From assembly GCF_000015805.1 (NCBI RefSeq), contig NC_009073.1, positions 300,001 to 332,000 of the forward strand: 32,000 nt of DNA, written 5' to 3'. Below are positions 8,779 to 16,541 of this stretch, piece by piece (positions within the stretch are counted from its first letter, which is position 1; every line of letters begins with the position of its first letter). Both the position numbers and the translations under genes were made by a program. The stretch is from Pyrobaculum calidifontis JCM 11548. Its GTDB lineage: Archaea > Thermoproteota > Thermoprotei > Thermoproteales > Thermoproteaceae. The notes under the pieces were generated by a model that was given only the letters and a program-made list of their open reading frames with translations, ran no database searches and was not told the origin of the DNA.

Positions 8779-11699
8779 GCCTCTACCGTTGAGGTCTCCG
8801 TCTGTGGAAGATCAGCCCATGTCTTTGAGAGCAACGCCGCGCGGGGCCTGGGGATTTGCGCTTCGCCGTTGGGGTAGACGAAGGCCCTCCAGTCGACTAT
8901 TGGCAAAACTAGCACGGGGTCCCACGGCGCAATCTTTGAGGCATTTACGACGGCACATGAGCCGGCGACCGCCGCTTTTTGTACCCATGTGCCATCTCTG
9001 AAGAGGTAGAAGGCGAAGCCCACGACGCCAGTGCCCCCGCTTACTTTGACTAAGCCGCGTTCTGGATCCGCCGCCTCAAAAATGGGCAACACTTGGACCT
9101 CTTTGACTCTTGCCTTTATCCAGATCTCCACTTCTCCCCAGAAGTCCCCCGCTACTGACAGCTGGGCCGCCCCTTGCGCAACGTCGGCGTATGAGCGGCC
9201 GGACACCGTCGTCGTGACGCATCTAAAGGCGAATCTCCTACCGCCTTCGCCAGCTCCAGGTAGCCCGTGGAAGTAGGGCGAGCCGCCCAGGTACAGCAAC
9301 GCGGTGGTGTTTAGCGGGACTTCTGCGTTTGCAGTATACACCGGGGGCGCGCGGCTGGTCGAGCGCAGTTCCAACGATACGTCGTTGGTTACAATGAATG
9401 CGAAGTGGTACCGCTTCCCCGTTTCGGCCTCTTCTATTGTTACTAGCACGGGCCCTGTGTAGTTGCCTGGCGTTGTGTATATAGAGTTCACGTTGATTTG
9501 AGCGCTTTCGCACGGCGCCAGCGGCTTATACGGAAGCCACCAGCCAGGCCCCACATATACCCCGTCGAGGGGGACCCACGTCTTTGACACGGTGGCAAGT
9601 GGGGCGTTGCATATGGGCTCGTGAGCTATTCCGGAGGCGGTTCTCTGGAGGATTTGCCCCCTCTCGACGTATATACGTACCGTAACTGTACGCGGCTCGC
9701 CTATGTATGTTATCAGCAGGGAATACCCAGCGCCAGGCAGTGCCACATCTGCCACGGGGCTTGGAGTGGGGCCCCACAGCGTTGGCTTTATGTCGACGCA
9801 TATCGGCGAGGTGCACGCCGTAGTTGGCACTAGTGACACAAGCCACGGCGAAGTCTCATTTGACAACATGCCTGCGAGGCCGAGGGGTAGTGCGTCTGTC
9901 CACCCGGCAGGGAGCTCCCAGTTGGACACGCCCTCGAAGAGGTAGTTGTAGAATTGGCCGTAGTAGGGGCTTGAGGTGTAGTAGAACAGCTTTGCGTTGT
10001 CTCTCGTGGTGTTCCTGTACTCTCCGAGGGAGGTGGCCAAGCTCACGAGGGAGACCCGTGCACCACGTATGACCAATTCGCTTGGCACGTCGAAGTCGCC
10101 CGTGGCTGGGTTAAATGCCCACGTCCTAAGCCGGTATACGTGGTCGTAGAAGAGCGCGTAATCTCCATAGAGCATGGACAAGAGGTCTGTGCCGCGCCCA
10201 TTTAGGAAGGAGTAGGGAATTAACCAGTCTACAAGCTCCAGCCACCTCATGGGCCACCCCCTGCCTGGCGGCCCCACTCTGGCGTAGCTTACCCACACCC
10301 CATTGACCTTGGTGAAGACGGGCTGTCTATAGACGCATGTGAAGATCTGCTGGGGCCACTGGGCACAGGGATCTGGGGGCGAATACCACGCCGTCTTAAT
10401 TGCACGCGTGTTTTCGTCTACTGCGATTTGAAGCTCGGCCCATTTAACTCCATGTCCAGTACTCAGCGGTGGCGTAGAGTATGCAAGTTTCTTGTTCTTG
10501 CTCACCTCCTCGTAGTCTATCAGCGCCCCGTCTGTGCCAGCCGCCCTCAAAAATGTTCCAAGCGCAGAGTTGATCCAAACGCGGCGCGCGGCCATGTCTA
10601 ACTCCCAGAGGACGGCAACTCTGAAGCCTACGGCCGAGCCAAGGGGCAACTCTATAGAGATGCCGCGCGTAAGCGCGGGCCGCAACGCTGATGGGGCAAA
10701 GGCTATGTACGGTCTTAGGTTAAAGCTTGTTTTAAATGCCGCAGAGTACATAGTACTGTTCCAAACCCAGTGGGTTCCCACCCAGGTGGAATTGCCAACG
10801 CTGTTTATTAAAAAACAGAAGGGCGGACTGCAGTCGGTTGGCTTACCAAAAACGGCGCGGGAAATATACAGCGGAATTTCGCGCGGCGGCGCCAGTTCGA
10901 CAGAGCCCCACAGCTCCGGCTCAGCTGTCACCGAGATTGAGATGTCGTACAAAAAGCTCCCAGACGATGGAAATGGAGCATTGCGGTATGTCCACGGGTT
11001 CGGTATTTTTGCCTCAACGCCGCCCCATTTAACTACGTCGCCAGCTTTAAAGCCGTTGATCTCCTCGGCGTGCCACGAGCTAGGGGCGCTTACGCTATAG
11101 GTGTTCTGCTCGTCAAAAGATATAAAACATAGGGAGCCGCCGCAAATCCAAAGGTCCTTTACAACATAGTCGCAGTACCAAGGCACGCGATATTGAATAG
11201 GAAGAGAGACCTTGATAGACCTGTAATCAAAGAACTGCACCTGGCTCCTCGAAGTCTCAAACTTTATTGTGTCGCTCACTCTATTCGGCGTCTTAACCAC
11301 TTTACAAAAATATAGGGTTAAGCCGCTCCAATCCACCCTGTAACGCTCTAAAACCCAATCTTGGCCTGGCGCAAAGTAGTAGAGGTTTAACACGTAGACA
11401 AGGTCTCTATCCCACCTCCCCTCCCAAGCAGTTGAGAAGACTCTAACAGTTGGCCAAGCGCGGTTACGCAAGTCTAGAAATTCCACATCCCACACACTAG
11501 TAGTTGTAGCTCCGTACGGATATTCAACACTTACGAGGTCCCCGTATGCAGGGGCAATGGTGTTAAATTTAAAACTGATGTGTACAGTGTCCGTCGTCTT
11601 GTATGTAAAATTGCCCACATATGTTATAGTTATAGCCGCATAGAGTGGCGACGCTAGAGTGCCCAACGTGATTACCAGGGTGAGGAAAAGCCACAGCAT
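8760..11699 (-). CDS. cluster gene N: 979-aa secreted, Trp/Tyr-rich, sequon-rich protein of unknown function
   Basis: This is the longest ORF in the window. Signal-peptide-like N-terminus MLWLFLTLVITLGTLASPLYA. At least 8 N-x-S/T sequons (NFT, NST x2, NTT x2, NET, NYT, NAS). No TM segment after the signal. No motif I can recognise. Confidence 0.85.
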   Translation of the reverse strand: MLWLFLTLVITLGTLASPLYAAITITYVGNFTYKTTDTVHISFKFNTIAPAYGDLVSVEYPYGATTTSVWDVEFLDLRNRAWPTVRVFSTAWEGRWDRDLVYVLNLYYFAPGQDWVLERYRVDWSGLTLYFCKVVKTPNRVSDTIKFETSRSQVQFFDYRSIKVSLPIQYRVPWYCDYVVKDLWICGGSLCFISFDEQNTYSVSAPSSWHAEEINGFKAGDVVKWGGVEAKIPNPWTYRNAPFPSSGSFLYDISISVTAEPELWGSVELAPPREIPLYISRAVFGKPTDCSPPFCFLINSVGNSTWVGTHWVWNSTMYSAAFKTSFNLRPYIAFAPSALRPALTRGISIELPLGSAVGFRVAVLWELDMAARRVWINSALGTFLRAAGTDGALIDYEEVSKNKKLAYSTPPLSTGHGVKWAELQIAVDENTRAIKTAWYSPPDPCAQWPQQIFTCVYRQPVFTKVNGVWVSYARVGPPGRGWPMRWLELVDWLIPYSFLNGRGTDLLSMLYGDYALFYDHVYRLRTWAFNPATGDFDVPSELVIRGARVSLVSLATSLGEYRNTTRDNAKLFYYTSSPYYGQFYNYLFEGVSNWELPAGWTDALPLGLAGMLSNETSPWLVSLVPTTACTSPICVDIKPTLWGPTPSPVADVALPGAGYSLLITYIGEPRTVTVRIYVERGQILQRTASGIAHEPICNAPLATVSKTWVPLDGVYVGPGWWLPYKPLAPCESAQINVNSIYTTPGNYTGPVLVTIEEAETGKRYHFAFIVTNDVSLELRSTSRAPPVYTANAEVPLNTTALLYLGGSPYFHGLPGAGEGGRRFAFRCVTTTVSGRSYADVAQGAAQLSVAGDFWGEVEIWIKARVKEVQVLPIFEAADPERGLVKVSGGTGVVGFAFYLFRDGTWVQKAAVAGSCAVVNASKIAPWDPVLVLPIVDWRAFVYPNGEAQIPRPRAALLSKTWADLPQTETSTVEAWPCSR

Positions 11700-11720
11700 G
11701 TCCTACTACGGAGGAGGGGA

Positions 11721-11733
11721 GGATTAAGTTTAG
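11721..11733 (-). promoter_or_regulatory. stop-embedded A/T motif CTAAACTTAATCC, 30 nt before the ATG of gene N
   Basis: The TAA stop of gene M (11730-11732) is part of the motif. It is one of five related copies (see findings). Confidence 0.4.
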
Positions 11734-12395
11734 CAAGAAAAAAGCCTTTGAATTACCTCGGGACAGGCCAGCGGGAGGCGGAGCGGATAGTCCACTATGT
11801 ATATCAGCGGAGTGGATTGGGGGGCCACTATGTAGAGCTTTGTGACATTCCCATAGTACACCATAGCCCATTGCGCCTTCGCTGCTGGGTATGCAGATAA
11901 TCGTCCCAAGAGGGGGGCGCCGTAGTTGATGGAAAGGAGGTACTGGGTCAAATTCTCGACAGGGACGGCGACGACGTCTAGCCATGGTAGAAAGTCAAGG
12001 GAGTGTATCAGCTCTACTTCGTAGAGAGCCGCAGGCTCGCCCCACGGGGTTGTAACATTGCGGCACGACGCTAGGTTGACGTAGAGCTGGTACCGCACAT
12101 TTCTGCCCTCGCTGGACAGCTTGTAGCCCACTGGCACAGCCACAGCCAGAGGCTTACCTAGGCCAGGGGGGCACACAACCACGTCTTTGACTAAGACGGC
12201 GTTTGGAGCGGCGTTTTGAAAGGCGCTGTAGTTTGCATAGGCGTTGAAGGCGTCGAGCATATTCAACGCTGTTTTGGCCGCGTAGAGCTGGTCTGCCAGA
12301 TTTACTGTGGCTAAAGTCGGCGTATGTAGCGCGGCGTATGTGGCCACGAATAAGACCACGGCAAGAGCCACTAGGCCAAAGGCGGTGGACCACAT
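11730..12395 (-). CDS. cluster gene M: N-terminally anchored protein (about 221 aa)
   Basis: ATG 12395 gives MWSTAFGLVALAVVLFVATYAAL. TGATATG junction with gene L. The longer track ORF (to 12446) would overlap L. Confidence 0.6.
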   Translation of the reverse strand: MWSTAFGLVALAVVLFVATYAALHTPTLATVNLADQLYAAKTALNMLDAFNAYANYSAFQNAAPNAVLVKDVVVCPPGLGKPLAVAVPVGYKLSSEGRNVRYQLYVNLASCRNVTTPWGEPAALYEVELIHSLDFLPWLDVVAVPVENLTQYLLSINYGAPLLGRLSAYPAAKAQWAMVYYGNVTKLYIVAPQSTPLIYIVDYPLRLPLACPEVIQRLFSC

Positions 12396-12396
12396 A

Positions 12397-12747
12397 TCAC
12401 CAGAGCCTCTTCCCCATCTTCGGCTCGCTGGGGCTGCAACTGACAAATGCCACGCCGCCGATGACCCACACGTAAAGCGGAGTACAAGCCAGGGTCTCGT
12501 TTACGCGGAAGGGCGCGCCGCTTGTGTGGTAGGCCCAGGCGAACTTTTCTACTTCCCTCTCTCCTAGCAAAAGAGCGGCGTAGTAGTCGCGTTGCACCAC
12601 GGTGTAAGGGCCCACGAGCTTGTAGGCACAGTCTCCGCAGTGGATCGGCGGCGAAAAGCCCTCGCGCGCGGGGTAGAGCGACGCGATCGTAGCCGCAACT
12701 AGGGCCATTAGGCCTGCAAATATTACGAGATCTCTAACGGCGATCAT
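12397..12747 (-). CDS. cluster gene L: small N-terminally anchored protein (about 116 aa)
   Basis: ATG 12747 gives MIAVRDLVIFAGLMALVAATIASLY. ATGA overlap with the stop of gene K. The track ORF extension to 12906 is an R/H-rich shadow. Confidence 0.55.
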   Translation of the reverse strand: MIAVRDLVIFAGLMALVAATIASLYPAREGFSPPIHCGDCAYKLVGPYTVVQRDYYAALLLGEREVEKFAWAYHTSGAPFRVNETLACTPLYVWVIGGVAFVSCSPSEPKMGKRLW

Positions 12748-13223
12748 GGGCAACTGTATTGAACGACAAGCCAGCGGCCTCTTGAGGCTATACCCACAGG
12801 CGAGCAGCCAGCGACAGTGGCGTTGGAAAACGGCGGGGGACACCACAGGCCCGTGTAGGGATCGTCGCCTATGCGCACGCTTTTCACCCCGGGCGCAAGC
12901 CGGCATCTATAGCCGCCGGGGTATATTTCGAATACTGCGACGAGCACACCTCCTATGCCTAAAGCCCTCCTAAGCTCTTCCACGTCTCCCTCGTATTCCA
13001 CAGCCACTAGTCCAAAGCCAGACACAGGAAGGCTGGAGGAAATAAGCGGCGAGCTCGTAGGCGTTGCATACACATACACCCTCCTAGTCGGCGCATCGCC
13101 TGCCGGCGCAAGCGGCGACTCCGCTATTTTTACCTCAATAAATTGGGATGCCACAGCCACTGCGTAAAGGAACAGTGAGACCAGGGCCGCTATAAACGCC
13201 GTTGCGGCCACTACGTCCTCCAT
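12744..13223 (-). CDS. cluster gene K: small N-terminally anchored protein (about 159 aa)
   Basis: ATG 13223 gives MEDVVAATAFIAALVSLFLYAVAVASQF. It lies 28 nt after the stop of gene J, with no A/T box between them. Confidence 0.55.
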   Translation of the reverse strand: MEDVVAATAFIAALVSLFLYAVAVASQFIEVKIAESPLAPAGDAPTRRVYVYATPTSSPLISSSLPVSGFGLVAVEYEGDVEELRRALGIGGVLVAVFEIYPGGYRCRLAPGVKSVRIGDDPYTGLWCPPPFSNATVAGCSPVGIASRGRWLVVQYSCP

Positions 13224-13251
13224 AGCCCCACGCCTTCGACCTTTCCTACCC

Positions 13252-14208
13252 TCATTCTGACGACCTGCGGCGGTAGAGTATATAGGCAACGATTCCGCCG
13301 GCCACAACCGCTGCTATTAAAAGGGGTATGGGGAGCTGTGCGCTCTCTTCAGTCCTAACCTCGGCTGACAGTTGGGCGAGCTCTGCGTGGAGAGCAGCAT
13401 TTGTCCTATTGAGCTCGGCCAAAAGAGCCCTTGCCTTCTCCAGCTCTTTTTGCGCCTCTTCAAGCCTCTTTTTCAACTCCTCTGCCTCTTGGCGCGCGGA
13501 GGCAAGTTGAGAGGTGAGTGCGGCTATCTGCGACTCCCTCAGCCGCAGAGCCTCCTCTAGCTCTCTCCTTTGGCGTTGTAGCTCCGCCACTTTCTCCCTA
13601 AGCTGTGCCACAAGGGCAACCGCGTTAGACGAGTTTCTCGTTAGCTCATCTACCACTTTCTGCAACTGCCGCAACTCGGCTTGGAGCTGTTGATAGCTCT
13701 GGATGAGGGAGATGTTAGTCTGGGGTACTCTCAAAACCGTCTTGCTCTCTATGTCTAAATACCACCCGGCGGGCACATGACCTGAAAAAACTCCCACTGG
13801 CGTATACGTGGTTAAGTTGGCGTCTGCAAATTCTATGCTGGAGGCATAAGCAGAAAACCTAAGTGGTAGCCACTTAAGCCACAGCCATGTCGTACCATTT
13901 GGCGAACAGTAGAGGTCCCCACTCCAAACCTCCGCAAAGTCGTTTGACGAGTTGGTCGCCTCCTGTACGTCGATTGCTATATATCTACAAGCTTCAGAGA
14001 GGTAGTAGAGGACTGCCCTCTCCTCTTGAGGAGAGCCTAAGAACGATAGGCCAATTTGCCTAAGATATACCACTTTGCCGCCCACTTGAGCTGTGAAATG
14101 TGTTGAATTTACTGGGTAGGCGTTTATCAGCAAGGCGTGTGGCGGATACCAACTAACCAAGCCTGCCATTGTGAATACGCCCAGTAGCAGGAATAGGAGG
14201 TATTTCAT
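13252..14208 (-). CDS. cluster gene J: signal peptide, beta-rich sequon-rich ectodomain, ~120-aa coiled coil and C-terminal TM anchor
   Basis: N-terminus MKYLLFLLLGVFTMAGLVSW. Seven N-x-S/T sequons. Heptad-like segment LQAELRQLQKVVDELTRN...LEEAQKELEKARALLAELNRTNAALHAELAQLSAEV. C-terminus LPIPLLIAAVVAGGIVAYILYRRRSSE. Confidence 0.8.
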   Translation of the reverse strand: MKYLLFLLLGVFTMAGLVSWYPPHALLINAYPVNSTHFTAQVGGKVVYLRQIGLSFLGSPQEERAVLYYLSEACRYIAIDVQEATNSSNDFAEVWSGDLYCSPNGTTWLWLKWLPLRFSAYASSIEFADANLTTYTPVGVFSGHVPAGWYLDIESKTVLRVPQTNISLIQSYQQLQAELRQLQKVVDELTRNSSNAVALVAQLREKVAELQRQRRELEEALRLRESQIAALTSQLASARQEAEELKKRLEEAQKELEKARALLAELNRTNAALHAELAQLSAEVRTEESAQLPIPLLIAAVVAGGIVAYILYRRRSSE

Positions 14209-14230
14209 GAAAAAGGGCCCGTGTTTAAGG

Positions 14231-14243
14231 GGAAAAAGTTTAG
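14231..14243 (-). promoter_or_regulatory. stop-embedded A/T motif CTAAACTTTTTCC, 31 nt before the ATG of gene J
   Basis: This 13-mer is identical to the one at 14708-14720. The TAA stop of the pilin gene (14240-14242) lies inside it. It contains a T5 run. Confidence 0.45.
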
Positions 14244-14686
14244 GAAATTCCTATTGTGACAACTCCCTTGGCTATTTGCACAGCTTTACCGCTAGTGTCT
14301 ACAGCGTATATCACATAGGTATATTGTTGACCAGCGGTAAGCGACGCTTGAAATCTACACGTCGCCGATTGGCCGGCCACTAGGTTTAACTGATTTGGCT
14401 GCGCGTTGGTAGTAGTCGACGTTATGCAGCTCCCCGTGGTGAGTAGTTGTAGCGCGCCGCCGGAGGGGCCGTACCTGAGGTATATCCCCGTTAGTTTTCC
14501 ATTTAGCACCTCTATTGTTACATCGAAGCCTCCCCTGTCTGCAGTTACTATGGCGTTAGCCCTTAGAGACTCTGCGGCAGATTTGCCAATGCCTTGGAAT
14601 GTTAGTACTCCTATTACTCCCACTATTATGAACGCGGCCGCTATTAGTAGCGACTCCACTGTGGTTAACCCTCTTAGTTTTGGCAT
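14240..14686 (-). CDS. cluster gene I: archaeal type IV pilin-like protein with class III signal peptide
   Basis: MPKLRG|LTTVESLLIAAAFIIVGVIGVLTF has a short basic leader ending in Gly, Glu at +5, and then a ~20-aa hydrophobic helix. It is followed by a Thr/Gly/Ser-rich beta domain. Confidence 0.8.
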   Translation of the reverse strand: MPKLRGLTTVESLLIAAAFIIVGVIGVLTFQGIGKSAAESLRANAIVTADRGGFDVTIEVLNGKLTGIYLRYGPSGGALQLLTTGSCITSTTTNAQPNQLNLVAGQSATCRFQASLTAGQQYTYVIYAVDTSGKAVQIAKGVVTIGIS

Positions 14687-14707
14687 AGGGACGCGTTGTT
14701 CTATTGC

Positions 14708-14720
14708 GGAAAAAGTTTAG
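14708..14720 (-). promoter_or_regulatory. stop-embedded A/T motif CTAAACTTTTTCC, 30 nt before the ATG of the pilin gene
   Basis: The TAA stop of gene H (14717-14719) is inside the motif. The geometry fits a TATA box for a leaderless pilin mRNA. The T5 run could also act as a terminator. Confidence 0.45.
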
Positions 14721-15913
14721 AGAATTTGTAGGAGGAGTTGCTCCACTAAGAGGCCAGCTGTGCCGCCGATGAGCGCCGCCTGATGTAGCCCCATTGGGAT
14801 TAGAAAAACTGCGACATATGACGCCGTGACGAGGGACAGTCCTTTGGATAGTACTTCTCGAACTTCGTCGTAGGGCGGGGGAGTGAAGAAGGGGTTCACT
14901 GCGGAGGAGTCCTGAAGCGCGTGGACGGACGTAGCCACGGAGAATGCCAGCACCAGCACCGCGGCGGTGAACAGTAGGAAAAAGGCAGCGGCTTGTTTAG
15001 CCATCTTCCTCACCGCGCTGGCTTCTATGTCCACGATGGATTGTATATACTCGACAGCCTTTATTGCAAAGACGCCGCCAGCCTCGGTGATGGCCCGATA
15101 CATGCTCTTTGCCAGCACGAAGTAGCGCGAGGGGATATAGTAGCCGTAGGCCACCTTGGCCGCGGTTTTAAACTTAGACGTGAGACGCGCCAAGATTACG
15201 TCCGGCGGAGCGCCCTCCTTCAGCATCGCAGCCGTTGCCCTCAGCATCGGCGGAACCTCTCTACGTATTTGAAACCACCACAGCCTATCCCCGGCCTTAA
15301 GCCAAGCAAGGGCAACGACGCCAAATGTCGCAAGGGCTAGCGGAGGAGAGGCCAAAAGGCCTAGGGGCACCGCCGCCAAAATGCCGAGGGGGATAGACCA
15401 GCTGTAGACGCGTAGGGGGTTTAGGTCTTGTGGAGATGTCAAAACCACTGCGGCTCCCGCGGCCAGCGCCGTGGCCGCAATTGTGGCAAGTATCAGCGCC
15501 GGGTCCACGGAGAATACGCCAATAGACCACAGGAAGAGGAAGAAGAGCGGGAGGAGGAAGAGGGCGCCGAGGGCGCTAGTGATTGACTCGAAAAGCCTAA
15601 CCCGCGCCTCCACCTTAGCCACGGCCAAGGCCTTCACAGACTCTAGAAACGTGGAGACTACTACGCCTCTGTCGACGCCTGCCTCCTCTTGCGCCAGGGC
15701 AAAGCCGTATAGCCTGACAACCTCGCTCTTGTCCTCTAGGAACTGGGTAGAGGGGGTTGGCATTAGGGACGCCACGAAGAGGCGGCGCGCCTCCTCCTCG
15801 TTAAGCTCCACGGCGTTAAGCGAGGTGTATTTCAAAGCCTCATTTCCAGACGACACGCTGAGGTATGTGGCAAATATGGGTGCCACAACCATGTAGAAAT
15901 CCTCTCTGTCCAT
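14717..15913 (-). CDS. cluster gene H: polytopic membrane platform protein (FlaJ/TadB-TadC/T2SS-F-like)
   Basis: 398 aa with a duplicated architecture. A soluble helical segment followed by TM helices occurs twice (about aa 1-110 plus TMs, then about aa 215-300 plus TMs). This is typical of type IV filament platform proteins. Confidence 0.75.
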   Translation of the reverse strand: MDREDFYMVVAPIFATYLSVSSGNEALKYTSLNAVELNEEEARRLFVASLMPTPSTQFLEDKSEVVRLYGFALAQEEAGVDRGVVVSTFLESVKALAVAKVEARVRLFESITSALGALFLLPLFFLFLWSIGVFSVDPALILATIAATALAAGAAVVLTSPQDLNPLRVYSWSIPLGILAAVPLGLLASPPLALATFGVVALAWLKAGDRLWWFQIRREVPPMLRATAAMLKEGAPPDVILARLTSKFKTAAKVAYGYYIPSRYFVLAKSMYRAITEAGGVFAIKAVEYIQSIVDIEASAVRKMAKQAAAFFLLFTAAVLVLAFSVATSVHALQDSSAVNPFFTPPPYDEVREVLSKGLSLVTASYVAVFLIPMGLHQAALIGGTAGLLVEQLLLQIL

Positions 15914-15933
15914 GGAAAACGCGGCGAGGGGGA

Positions 15934-15946
15934 GGAAAAAACTTAG
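15934..15946 (-). promoter_or_regulatory. stop-embedded A/T motif CTAAGTTTTTTCC, 29 nt before the ATG of gene H
   Basis: The TAA stop of gene G (15943-15945) is inside the motif. It contains a T6 run. Confidence 0.4.
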
Positions 15947-16281
15947 ACTAAGTTTGAAAGCACCTCGCGTATGTGGGCCAGCTTACCCGCCTTCTCCACC
16001 GCCTTGGGCAACTCCCTCACCGCCTCCTCCACAGAGGCTCCTGAGGACACGCGGCGGAGAATGTAGTCAACGACCATCTCTAGGTACTTCCTCAAGTCAA
16101 CCGCCTTGGCGGCTATTCGCCAGTCCTCCTCCTCTAGCCATATACCGCTTTTAGCGAGCTTAGCCACGGCCTTGTAAAACCGCCTTTCGTCAACGCCGAG
16201 CTCTCCAGCGAGCTCACAAATCCAACGCGCCGTGCTCGCAGTAAAGCCGCTCTTAACCGCCTTCTTCTCAACGCGGCACAT
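15943..16281 (-). CDS. cluster gene G: small soluble helical protein, unknown function
   Basis: ATG 16281 gives MCRVEKKAVKSGFTASTARWICELAGELGVDERRFYKAVAKLAKSG, possibly HTH-like. The track ORF starts at 16302. It overlaps the end of gene F. Confidence 0.5.
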   Translation of the reverse strand: MCRVEKKAVKSGFTASTARWICELAGELGVDERRFYKAVAKLAKSGIWLEEEDWRIAAKAVDLRKYLEMVVDYILRRVSSGASVEEAVRELPKAVEKAGKLAHIREVLSNLV

Positions 16282-16507
16282 TGGCCAACAGCAACAGGGC
16301 AAGTTTTACATAGGGGTCGTCTCTCTCCGAGAGGGTCTTTAAGACGGCCTCCCTTGGCACAGCCTCTAGTATCCTCTTGGCAACATCCTGAGGCATCTCT
16401 GAGAGAGCTCTCACGAGGCACTCCACCCAGCTCTGCCCTCTCTCCTCCACCCTCCCCCCGTCTCCTCCGCCGTCTAGTAGCTTCTCCAGACTAGCCCTCT
16501 TCAGCAT
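16268..16507 (-). CDS. cluster gene F: 79-aa soluble protein, unknown function
   Basis: ORF with an ATG 30 nt downstream of the stop-embedded motif at 16529-16541. No recognisable motif. Confidence 0.45.
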   Translation of the reverse strand: MLKRASLEKLLDGGGDGGRVEERGQSWVECLVRALSEMPQDVAKRILEAVPREAVLKTLSERDDPYVKLALLLLANVPR

Positions 16508-16528
16508 GTTCGTCCCTTTGAGCTGAGG

Positions 16529-16541
16529 AGATAAGGTTTAG
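16529..16541 (-). promoter_or_regulatory. stop-embedded A/T motif CTAAACCTTATCT, 30 nt before the ATG of gene F
   Basis: The TAA stop of the secretion ATPase gene (16538-16540) is inside the motif. This is the weakest of the five copies. Confidence 0.3.

Noticed and set aside
9031-11100. Multiple plus-strand ORFs (for example 10534-11100, 188 aa) opposite the 979-aa gene
   Set aside because: They are antisense to a 2.9-kb uninterrupted ORF and have R/S/P/A-rich composition with no promoter geometry.
12748-13307. Long N-terminal extensions of track ORFs 12397-12906 and 12744-13307
   Set aside because: The extensions are R/H/G-rich and overlap upstream genes by more than 80 nt. Internal ATGs give ATGA coupling and N-terminal hydrophobic helices.
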